A stretch of 54,575 bases of DNA. Origin: Bacillota bacterium. Its GTDB lineage: Bacteria > Bacillota > Bacilli > Lactobacillales > Aerococcaceae. This document shows, in pieces, positions 37,310 through 45,655 of the stretch (within the stretch, counting starts at the first letter, position 1; every line of letters begins with the position of its first letter). Where the stretch lies: assembly GCA_023442905.1 (NCBI GenBank), contig JAEZWY010000230.1, forward strand, positions 1 through 54,575, read 5' to 3'. A program made the position numbers and the translations under genes. A model generated the notes under the pieces. It did not search any database. It saw nothing but the letters and a program-made list of their open reading frames with translations, and had not been told where the DNA came from.

Positions 37310-39670
37310 TCACTTTTTTAATTCATACACCCACTGCGTTCCGTAAATGGGAAGTCTCTTTTTCTTTGATAAACCTGTCCAGCCACCAATGCTGGCCATA
37401 ATGGTAGATATTTCGTTACCATCTATCCGTCTTAAATTGGAACGTTCCTTTTGGAAACATTCGCACCAAATCTCCATATTAGAAACATGCTCCCGTTTCC
37501 AAACACCTTGTTTTGGACTATCACCAAATTCAGTTCCATTGATAAATGCTCTACGTTCAAATAAGTCCATCTCATCCCAATCTTCAGGTAGCAAGGTTTC
37601 AAGATATTCACGAACCAAACCTTCTCGCTCGTCCGATTCCATCGCCATTCGTTGTTCTTCTTTCGCTAGTTGGTCAATATCATGCTCGAGATATAGCTTT
37701 TCACCTTGCTTCACGTATTCGAGTGTTTCTGCCCATATTTGCAGCACTTCCTCTTCAGTAACTTCCCACGATTTCTTTACTCCATCGCCTGGAGTTTTCA
37801 CAGGCCAAAATCGTCTGTTACCTGTCGTATCTCTTAAATAACCTTTTTCAGCATTAGTTGTTCCAAAGAATACACACTGTCTTAAATGTGGTGTAACTCT
37901 TTTCGCAAAACTTGCTCGATAAATGTCGTTTTGTCGTGAAAGGAAACTTCTCAGTGTTTCTACTTCTGCTTTTTTAAGTCCAGCGAGTTCTCCGATTTCA
38001 ATGATCCAGTAACCTTGTAATTTCTCAGCAGCTGTCTTATCTTTTGTATCTGATAAACTTAAACTATCGGAAAACCACTCGCCACCAAGTCTAGCAATTA
38101 AAGTACTTTTACCGACTCCTTGCGGTCCGTTTAAAACGAGCATTGAATCAAATTTAATGCCAGGTGTGAGAACTCTAGAAATTGCCGCACATAATGTTTT
38201 TCTTGTTACAGCACGAACATATGGATTATCATCCGCTCCTAAATAATCAATTAATAACGTATCGACTCGCGGCACTTTATCCCACTCGGGCAATTCATCA
38301 AGGTAATCTCGAATCGGATGATATGACCTATCATCAGCAACTTTCGCAATGGCGATATCATAATTTCTAGCTGAAAACGTTCCATAGTGCGTATCGATAT
38401 AACTAACTAACTGAGCATCATCCGCATCCCGCCAATATTTAGATGGATGCGACCAAGGAACAGGACTAACAATCTCCAAGTTGTCTGATAGCTCATTAAA
38501 AACAATCCCTTGAAGGTTTTCATCATGTTCCAAAATTAAAGTAAGGTTTCTAAGTGTATTTTTAACTGCACCTGTTTTATCAAGCTCAAGTTGTCTTTCC
38601 CAGTCATCTTCTGTAAACTCAATTTCCGCTTGTTCTTTACGTTCTTCTGCGAACTGCACTTTCACTAGCTCATCCTTTAAAGCAAACTCAGTCATAGCCT
38701 TAAAGGATGGGAGTTTTGTTACTGCAGTTGAATATGATGTTTTATCATCTAAATCTTGAAACAAATGCAATCGAACTAGGTCAAACGCATTGAGTAAGTT
38801 CCCTGAAGCAGGATCTGTTGCATGATGGCTATAAGCAAACTTTCCGTTATATACAACGACCCCAGCAGACGAATCAGCTGGTATATAATCAAATCTTCCT
38901 TCCATCAAACTTGGTTCATACACATGCGATAAAAAACTATCAATGGCTTCCTCGATAGAATAAGCCCTACAAAAGGCACCAATAATACCATCCTTCTCTA
39001 ATGGGTCAGCTTGTTTTTTTATGTTTCGTTGTACAACTTCGGATTGTCTTGATGAAACAGGCCATGTTGTCGTATCTCGCCAATCGTCATATTTCGACAA
39101 ATAGAAATCAGGATCTAATAACTCACCATCTTTTTGTTCAAAAAAGAACTCACCGTTTGAAGGTGTCGATGGCCAGTACATTAATCTTGAGGGTTCATAT
39201 GTTGTATCATCAAAATAATCAATACCGATTTCTTTTGCGACCATTCTTGCAACTGCTGGATATTCATCTTCCGAAACATCACGTTTAAGCGGAATAATTA
39301 AACGTAACCTTGGTTTTTCAGGAGTGTGTTTATGTGTTGAATATACGCAGCACTTAAAATCATAAAGAAGTTCAATTTGATCCCAAATACCAGGTACTGC
39401 ATAGTCCATATCAAGAGTAAGAAGTGAACGAGACAAAACATGTCCGTTCCTTCTTTTCCCCTGCTTTAAAGCACCGCCAACAAAGCCGCCAACATCCTTT
39501 GTTGCATCTTGTTTTGCACGATTCATTTTTCTATATTCATCTACCGTTTCAGTTGTACGGATTGTCTGATTTACAAGATTAATAAACTCGTCCCACGTTA
39601 CATCTTTGTTCTTCCACTTTCTGTCCATTCGACTATTTCCGACAGCTATTTTCATATCGATTACCTCCAA
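37310..39670 (-). CDS. Primase-helicase (VirE / virulence-associated E family)
   Basis: N-terminal LDMD...STHKH...PRLRLIIP (primase-like); GPQGVGKS Walker A; GNRRFWPV. Confidence 0.88.
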   Translation of the reverse strand: MEVIDMKIAVGNSRMDRKWKNKDVTWDEFINLVNQTIRTTETVDEYRKMNRAKQDATKDVGGFVGGALKQGKRRNGHVLSRSLLTLDMDYAVPGIWDQIELLYDFKCCVYSTHKHTPEKPRLRLIIPLKRDVSEDEYPAVARMVAKEIGIDYFDDTTYEPSRLMYWPSTPSNGEFFFEQKDGELLDPDFYLSKYDDWRDTTTWPVSSRQSEVVQRNIKKQADPLEKDGIIGAFCRAYSIEEAIDSFLSHVYEPSLMEGRFDYIPADSSAGVVVYNGKFAYSHHATDPASGNLLNAFDLVRLHLFQDLDDKTSYSTAVTKLPSFKAMTEFALKDELVKVQFAEERKEQAEIEFTEDDWERQLELDKTGAVKNTLRNLTLILEHDENLQGIVFNELSDNLEIVSPVPWSHPSKYWRDADDAQLVSYIDTHYGTFSARNYDIAIAKVADDRSYHPIRDYLDELPEWDKVPRVDTLLIDYLGADDNPYVRAVTRKTLCAAISRVLTPGIKFDSMLVLNGPQGVGKSTLIARLGGEWFSDSLSLSDTKDKTAAEKLQGYWIIEIGELAGLKKAEVETLRSFLSRQNDIYRASFAKRVTPHLRQCVFFGTTNAEKGYLRDTTGNRRFWPVKTPGDGVKKSWEVTEEEVLQIWAETLEYVKQGEKLYLEHDIDQLAKEEQRMAMESDEREGLVREYLETLLPEDWDEMDLFERRAFINGTEFGDSPKQGVWKREHVSNMEIWCECFQKERSNLRRIDGNEISTIMASIGGWTGLSKKKRLPIYGTQWVYELKK

Positions 39671-39673
39671 TGC

Positions 39674-40453
39674 TTAACTGTCCATTTCAATTTTGGGTAA
39701 GATTCCTTTTGCTTTTAGTAAGTCATAAATAAATAATCGACCTTTTTGCGTCCAGTACGTATGAACTTTTGAACGATCATATCCATTACTATCTTTAAAC
39801 GTATGTGTTTTAGTTGTCGTATAACCGAACTCCGCATGGTTTTGATAGAGCAACCAAATCTTCCCTTGTTTATATTGAACACCTTGCTCGTGTAAATACT
39901 TATTTAACCAGCGAGCAGACTTACCATAATCTTTTGCAATCACTGAAATCGCAACTGCATCTTTACAATTTAAAACAATGTCGTAATAACTCGCTTTTGG
40001 CTTCATTTCAACAATTTGCTGTTCCTGGACTTTCACTGTTTCTGATAATTGATTATTTTTTAATCGCTCTGCTTTTAATTCTTCTAACGCTTTAATCAAA
40101 ATATCTGGATTAGCTAATACTTCATCCACTGCGTACAATCCATGTTTTCGAATTGACGGAAGGACGTCATGTGTAATCCATCTTCTGAATTTTTTAGCAT
40201 TTGGCTTTCTTGAAAGAAAAACAATATTATAAAGTCCGCTTTCATTTACAATTGACAATTTCTGTTTTCCGCCAAGGGTGTCGAACAGACCGACACCTTT
40301 TTCATCTCCTTCTAAACGTGCAACAACATCCCTATTATTCTTGATTTCTAATGCATCACACACATCTTTTGCAACCCACCAAACACTGCCATCTTTCACA
40401 ATAGTTCTTACTTCGTTCCCTTCGAAGTTAAAAGTTTTAATATTGTTCATCAT
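39674..40453 (-). CDS. Phage antirepressor (BRO-N + KilAC)
   Basis: WWVAKDVC...NESGLY...FRRWITHDVLPSIRKHG; IAKDYG...WTQKGR. Confidence 0.9.
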   Translation of the reverse strand: MMNNIKTFNFEGNEVRTIVKDGSVWWVAKDVCDALEIKNNRDVVARLEGDEKGVGLFDTLGGKQKLSIVNESGLYNIVFLSRKPNAKKFRRWITHDVLPSIRKHGLYAVDEVLANPDILIKALEELKAERLKNNQLSETVKVQEQQIVEMKPKASYYDIVLNCKDAVAISVIAKDYGKSARWLNKYLHEQGVQYKQGKIWLLYQNHAEFGYTTTKTHTFKDSNGYDRSKVHTYWTQKGRLFIYDLLKAKGILPKIEMDS

Positions 40454-40501
40454 ATAAATGAACCTCCCACAAATAGTTGTAGAGTAAATAAATTTACCCT
40501 C

Positions 40502-40535
40502 ACCTATATGCGAAGAAAAAGGGGGATTCGAACCC
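40502..40535 (-). promoter_or_regulatory. Bipartite phage promoter motif, copy 2
   Basis: GGGTTCGAA-N12-TTCGCATATAGGT upstream of the antirepressor. Confidence 0.7.
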
Positions 40536-40542
40536 CCTAAAA

Positions 40543-42477
40543 TTAATCTTTTTTATAAAAACTTGTATCAAACCCATCCGCACGTAATTCTAGCGTTTCT
40601 GCCCAAGGTGGAGATAGACTCATTAAATCACTGATATATTCGACCGTTACATCGTTTGGTGCTTCAATGACAATTTCATCATGTATGTGCATGACAATTC
40701 GAAAACCTTCATCATGAACACGTTGCAAAGCAAAACATAATAAATCCCTTGATATTGCTTGCACAATATTCTCGACAAACTTCGGACCATAGCTGAATAT
40801 TCGTTCCCACTTCTTTGTCGCACCAATCCCTTCATACGAAACAGACTCATTACCAAAGCTATTTATCCCAATTCGTGGTTTTACATAAGAGAGCCATCTA
40901 CCGGAAGGCAAACCAATCAGCAACATGCCACTTTGATATTCAAACTTAATGCCATGGATCATATGTGCTTTTCGTTGTCTCACAGTTTCTTTTGCTGCAC
41001 GATCAACATCCCACCAAAATTTCACTATTTTTGAATTTGACTGCCGCCACACATCGACAAGTGATTTTAATTCATATTCTTCAAGTCCCATACTAAGAGC
41101 ACCCATTGATTTCAACGCACCAACAGAACCTCCATAACCAAGCGCAAGTTCTGCAATTTTTCCTTTTTGTCTTAATGGACTGTCTTTTGAAATTTCATCC
41201 AAGGGAACTTTAAACATCTGCGCAGCCGATGCTTCATAGATTTTCCCGTGTGATGCAAACACTTCATTCCGCCATTTTTCACCTGCAATCCAGGCAATCA
41301 CACGTGCTTCAATTGCACTAAAGTCAACGATTATGAAGCGATTGTTCCGAATAGGAACAAATGCGGTCCTTATAAGCTGAGAAAGTACACTCGGAACTGA
41401 TTCATATAAAATTTGTAAGGCTTCAAAATTACCTTGTTTCAATAAAGCACGTGCTTCATCTAAATCAGAAATATGGTTTTGTGGTAGGTTTTGAACTTGA
41501 ATTAACCTTCCTGCAAATCTCCCCGTACGATTTGCACCGTAAAACTGAATCAATCCCCTCGCTCGTCCATCACGACAAACAACATTTTCCATAGCCGCAT
41601 ATTTTTTCACGCTGGATTTTGCGAGTTGTTTTCTCAATTGAAGCACTTCCTTAATTTCACCTTCATTAGTTTCAATTAAATGTGTCACTGCAGCCTTATT
41701 TAAACTATCTGTTTCTACCCCTTTTGTTTGTAACCATCCCCGCATTTGCTTTACAGAGTTCGGGTTTTCTAGCTTAGTAATTTCCTTCATACGACTAATT
41801 AACTCGCCACGAATTAGGTCATCACACTTAATGGCCTGAGTAACTAACTCCAAATCTAGCTTTATTCCCCTATCATTTATTAACTGATCAAGAAGATAGT
41901 TATCCCACTCTGCTTCGGGCATTGGAAATTTAGATAGTTTATCTTGTATCGCAATTTCAGTTTCTACATCACGTTTGTTGTATGCTTTAAAACTGTCCCA
42001 TCGATTAGGGTCATGTTCTTTTAGATTTCTTGTTCGGCCGCCATTTGTTTTTGTTGGTCTACAAGGAATAGAGAAAAAACGAATTAAATCTTTTCCTTCC
42101 GACATCTTTTGTTTATCTGCTCCCGTTACCATTGCAACTCCTTCTAAAGATAACGGTAAGCCTAAATAAGCAGACCACACCATTGTGCATCGCCAATCAA
42201 CAGGTGATAAATCTCGCTTAAAATGTTTACTTAAACAAATCCGTTCAAACTGAGCATTAAAGGCCCATTTCGTTATATTTTCATTAAATATCGCTTGTTC
42301 AATTTCAGACGGGATAGACTCACCGTTTGCCAAATCGATGACATGAACAGGTCCACTATCTACGCTGTAAGCAAATAGCATTACTTCAAAATCATCTGCC
42401 TCCACATAGCGATAGACCCCGCTTTTAGCGAGGTCCACACTACTATACGTTTCAACATCGATATGCATTGTTTTCAT
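40543..42477 (-). CDS. Phage DNA polymerase, family A
   Basis: IDVET exonuclease motif, DFSAIEAR (A), RQKGKIAELALGYGG (B), HIHDE (C). Confidence 0.93.
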   Translation of the reverse strand: MKTMHIDVETYSSVDLAKSGVYRYVEADDFEVMLFAYSVDSGPVHVIDLANGESIPSEIEQAIFNENITKWAFNAQFERICLSKHFKRDLSPVDWRCTMVWSAYLGLPLSLEGVAMVTGADKQKMSEGKDLIRFFSIPCRPTKTNGGRTRNLKEHDPNRWDSFKAYNKRDVETEIAIQDKLSKFPMPEAEWDNYLLDQLINDRGIKLDLELVTQAIKCDDLIRGELISRMKEITKLENPNSVKQMRGWLQTKGVETDSLNKAAVTHLIETNEGEIKEVLQLRKQLAKSSVKKYAAMENVVCRDGRARGLIQFYGANRTGRFAGRLIQVQNLPQNHISDLDEARALLKQGNFEALQILYESVPSVLSQLIRTAFVPIRNNRFIIVDFSAIEARVIAWIAGEKWRNEVFASHGKIYEASAAQMFKVPLDEISKDSPLRQKGKIAELALGYGGSVGALKSMGALSMGLEEYELKSLVDVWRQSNSKIVKFWWDVDRAAKETVRQRKAHMIHGIKFEYQSGMLLIGLPSGRWLSYVKPRIGINSFGNESVSYEGIGATKKWERIFSYGPKFVENIVQAISRDLLCFALQRVHDEGFRIVMHIHDEIVIEAPNDVTVEYISDLMSLSPPWAETLELRADGFDTSFYKKD

Positions 42478-43028
42478 GATAAGAAGTCATCATCCACATC
42501 AGTAGCAAAATCTACCGATGCATCCGTACGACCACCTAATGGCTCTCCATCACGAATCTTTTGAATGTTACCAAGACCACAGGCAATCCCTCGGTTACCA
42601 TTTGAATTAAATGCATAAAAGTTAATACTTACACGAGCATATACACCTGAATAAACTTCTGAACGCTCTAAAATTGGATTAATGTCAGCATCTACAATCT
42701 GTGGTGGTGTAATGCTGTTTGCATTAACAAAGAAACTATCTGCATACGCTTCATCATCTGAACGGTCAATATCTCCATCACGAAGCGGTAATTTTAACGA
42801 CTGCTTGTTTGGAATTTTCCCACCAAACTTTCCGCGTCCTTCTTCAATTGCAGCATCGACTGCTTTTTCAATTGCCTCTAAAGTTTTCGTATCACTTTTT
42901 GGAATAATAACACTCACACTATACTTTTCTTTTCCACCATTGATTGACTTTGGCTCCCACACGTTGGCATAAGATAATCGCACTACCCCTGTAATTACTT
43001 TTGTTGGATTTTTTACTGTTTTCGACAT
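42474..43028 (-). CDS. DUF2815 family (ssDNA-binding-like)
   Basis: RLSYANVWEP...PLRDGD...YSGVY...GLGNIQKIRDGEPLGG, acidic tail. Confidence 0.88.
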   Translation of the reverse strand: MSKTVKNPTKVITGVVRLSYANVWEPKSINGGKEKYSVSVIIPKSDTKTLEAIEKAVDAAIEEGRGKFGGKIPNKQSLKLPLRDGDIDRSDDEAYADSFFVNANSITPPQIVDADINPILERSEVYSGVYARVSINFYAFNSNGNRGIACGLGNIQKIRDGEPLGGRTDASVDFATDVDDDFLS

Positions 43029-43030
43029 AA

Positions 43031-44161
43031 TTATTTCTCCTCCATAAATTCATTTTTTGCTGTTGATATATTTATTTCTGGACGCTTATCCGTTATTGGA
43101 ACAAGCGTTGGTTTCCCTCTTGGCTTAGTAATGAAATCACCAAGTAGTTCATTAAACTTCTTTTTACCCATCAGTTTTTCCATATTGGTTATCGTTAGCA
43201 GACTTTGCTTGTAAATATCTTCATAGCCTGCCTTCTTTGCAGCTTCAGCTACCGCTTCTTCATCTGTATATTTACGATTAGACCGACCTTCTACAACCTT
43301 AAAACCTTTCCACTGTTTTCCTTGTTGAACAGCGGCATTCGTTGCATAAGCAAATATTTCATTTGCCCATTTAGTAAGGTCATTCACATGAAGCAAGATT
43401 TCTGCAATTTCATCATCTGTTAATAAAGGCGGATTTTTAAATTCAAATTTTGCTACCTTAAAATTTTCTTCCGCCCTTGCTTTGCACTCCACAGATGCCC
43501 TACAAAACCTACACCAATCACCAGGCTTATATTCGCCATCACCTTTGAACGCTAATTCTGCTTTTGGTTTAAGTGTATTTTCCGCCCAATCTATAAGATT
43601 CGTTTTGGGTATTTCAAAGGTTGAGATGTTTTCACGTCTCGGTTGATAAATGGTCATTTTTACTACATTGATATCATAAATTGCATCAAATAGATTAAGC
43701 GCCCCTAATGCATATAGCATCATTTGCGGATTATTTTCTGCTTCAACTAAAACACCTTGTCCATATTTAAAATCAATAACATGAGCTACATCGTCTGCAA
43801 CAATCACACAGTCCCCTGTTCCAAACCCTTCTGGTACATAATTTGAAAAGTCCAATCGCTGTTCAATCAGAAGAAGTGGATCTTTCGTTATTTGTTTTAC
43901 TGCCGCTAGTTCTTCCAAGATAAACTGGACATACTCATCGGTATAACGTTCCATCTCTTCAGAATCATAAATGGATGTTGGTTTCTTCGTTGGAATCTTT
44001 AACGCTTCTCTAAGCTTATGTTCCCCCAGTTCATGAGCGGCTGTTCCTTCCTTAGCCGCTTCACCACTAGAATCATCAAACTCTAATTCAAGACGTGCCG
44101 ATGGAGTACAATTCATCCATCGATGTGCTCCTGACGCAGATAAAATGGCATGTTTCGTCAT
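43031..44161 (-). CDS. DUF2800 family (Cas4-like PD-(D/E)XK nuclease)
   Basis: HAILSAS..RW..C, GTAAH, FGTGD, IDFKYG, QMMLYA, CRFC...C. Confidence 0.85.
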   Translation of the reverse strand: MTKHAILSASGAHRWMNCTPSARLELEFDDSSGEAAKEGTAAHELGEHKLREALKIPTKKPTSIYDSEEMERYTDEYVQFILEELAAVKQITKDPLLLIEQRLDFSNYVPEGFGTGDCVIVADDVAHVIDFKYGQGVLVEAENNPQMMLYALGALNLFDAIYDINVVKMTIYQPRRENISTFEIPKTNLIDWAENTLKPKAELAFKGDGEYKPGDWCRFCRASVECKARAEENFKVAKFEFKNPPLLTDDEIAEILLHVNDLTKWANEIFAYATNAAVQQGKQWKGFKVVEGRSNRKYTDEEAVAEAAKKAGYEDIYKQSLLTITNMEKLMGKKKFNELLGDFITKPRGKPTLVPITDKRPEINISTAKNEFMEEK

Positions 44162-44475
44162 TTCAATTCCTCCGCATCTTTCATCAATGCTTCATAGTCT
44201 TTTTCTTCAATTTCGCTTAACTTAGTTGCACCATATTTTTCAAGTAACTTTTTAATATCAGATGTAAAACCCGCTTGGCTCTTTTGTGCAAGTAGTGTAC
44301 GAACTTCTTCAAGTGATATTTTTTGCTTTTCCGGCTTCGCTTTTTTAACTGGTGCTTTTTCTTCCGTTCGTGGTGATTCTTCATTACTCGCCAACACTCC
44401 AGCAATCGTCTGAAGTGAGCCAGCTAAATTTTGCAAATCAGTGACTACATCAAGAAGTAATTTTGTTCTGCTCAT
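44158..44475 (-). CDS. Conserved phage hypothetical protein
   Basis: LEEVRTLLA...LLEKYGATKLSEI, the usual neighbour of DUF2800 genes. Confidence 0.65.
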   Translation of the reverse strand: MSRTKLLLDVVTDLQNLAGSLQTIAGVLASNEESPRTEEKAPVKKAKPEKQKISLEEVRTLLAQKSQAGFTSDIKKLLEKYGATKLSEIEEKDYEALMKDAEELK

Positions 44476-44476
44476 A

Positions 44477-44680
44477 TTAAGCCTCACCGCCTTTCCGAGT
44501 TTCTTTTATTTCCACTGTTTCTACTGAGTCACCAGGTGTGATAACAAGCAGATTTACTTTTTTACCAAACAATAAATCTAGCATTCGGCTACGTACAGTT
44601 TTACGTTTACCTTCAACTACTCTTGTTTTCTCACCATTTTCATCTTTAACATTGATGATTACCTTGTGTTTTAGACTCAT
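44477..44680 (-). CDS. Hypothetical protein
   Basis: RBS AAAGGAG; first gene after promoter motif copy 3. Confidence 0.65.
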   Translation of the reverse strand: MSLKHKVIINVKDENGEKTRVVEGKRKTVRSRMLDLLFGKKVNLLVITPGDSVETVEIKETRKGGEA

Positions 44681-44719
44681 CTGGAAACACTCCTTTCTAA
44701 GGGTTTTATTTCGTCCCTT

Positions 44720-44753
44720 ACTAGTAAGCGAAAAATCATGCCCTTTCGAACCC
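44720..44753 (-). promoter_or_regulatory. Bipartite phage promoter motif, copy 3
   Basis: GGGTTCGAA-N12-TTCGCTTACTAGT. Confidence 0.65.
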
Positions 44754-44783
44754 CTTTTTTAAAATAAAATTTAAAAGGCTCAA

Positions 44784-45287
44784 TTAAGAGCCCTTTCTTA
44801 TCAGTTTTTCTAATCTTCTGTATATTTTATTTAAACGATTTCTGATAGCCGCTTCGGTCACACCCTCTTCGGCAGCAATCTCAACATTTGTTTTTTGGTC
44901 GTAAAACTTCTTTTGTATCGTTCTAAATTGTTTATCTGTTAACTGATCCATTGCTTTATGCAATTGTTCGATTAACTTTTGTTTCTCTTCATAGTTCTCC
45001 ATTTCCAAAATTTCATTAAACGGATCTGCATCCCAATCTGCTAAATGTTTGTTATGTTCAGCTTTTGAATCTCCGTTTTCATCTACATAAGATTCTAAAT
45101 TACAAGCAATTCGGTAATCATAGCGGCGACCTTCGTCCACTTCCTGATCATCTTCAGAATGTAAATATTCAATATCAACCTCTGTTACACCATTTTCTCC
45201 TGGTACGATGGTTGCTATCTTTTTACCTCCTGAATAGTAAATATAAGATTCTCTGTTCTTTTGGCTTGTTTTGTACTTTTTTGTCAT
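44784..45287 (-). CDS. Sigma-70 region 4-like phage factor
   Basis: LTDKQ...KTNVEIAAEEGVTEAAIRNRLNKI. Start placed at MTKKY (RBS GGAGAGG). Confidence 0.8.
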   Translation of the reverse strand: MTKKYKTSQKNRESYIYYSGGKKIATIVPGENGVTEVDIEYLHSEDDQEVDEGRRYDYRIACNLESYVDENGDSKAEHNKHLADWDADPFNEILEMENYEEKQKLIEQLHKAMDQLTDKQFRTIQKKFYDQKTNVEIAAEEGVTEAAIRNRLNKIYRRLEKLIRKGS

Positions 45288-45467
45288 TGTTTGGCATCCT
45301 CTCCGCCAATTTGCGGAGGGCAAAGGATGCAAACAATGAAGAGCTTGTCCTTTAGTAACCTGACCTTTACTTAAAAAAGTGCGCAACAAGGTAAGGGTAC
45401 TAATATTGAGACACTACAATCCTGGTATGGATTGCGTACTTCAATATGTATCCTTTGCCCTTATTGC
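45285..45467 (-). ncRNA. Structured 5' leader (candidate cis-regulatory RNA switch)
   Basis: Hairpin 45383-45467, RBS-sequestering hairpin 45285-45338, and alternative perfect 12-bp pairing 45450-45461/45317-45328. Confidence 0.55.
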
Positions 45468-45530
45468 AAATCAGGCATTTGATATTTTTTTAATCTATCT
45501 AAAGTGTATAATGAAATTCTGCATTGCGGT

Positions 45531-45650
45531 CGGACATGGTTATGCCCGTTTTGAGCATAAAAAATAGGCTAATACTACTTCATTTATAAAAATGAAGTAG
45601 TATTAGCCCGCATAAAATCAACAAAACAAAAACGGACATGAGCATGTCCG
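45531..45650. promoter_or_regulatory. Two 18-bp palindromic operators
   Basis: CGGACATGGTTATGCCCG (45531-45548) and CGGACATGAGCATGTCCG (45633-45650). Confidence 0.65.
45559..45608 (-). terminator. Strong hairpin terminator after the ImmA-like gene
   Basis: Perfect 19-bp stem 45567-45585/45590-45608, then TATTTTTT on the - strand. Confidence 0.75.
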
Positions 45651-45655
45651 CTTTT

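Noticed and set aside
43031..44161. Cas4-like nuclease as a sign of CRISPR-Cas
   Set aside because: It is the DUF2800 phage replication-module protein. No repeat-spacer array or other cas genes were seen.
31591..44405. Other same-strand nested ORFs (31591-31890, 35500-35733, 40647-40856, 44217-44405)
   Set aside because: Unlike 30615-31007 they show no recognisable motif, and I noticed no convincing RBS.
45288..45389. N-terminal 34-aa extension of the sigma-like ORF in the track
   Set aside because: It runs through the structured leader; the RBS supports ATG 45287.
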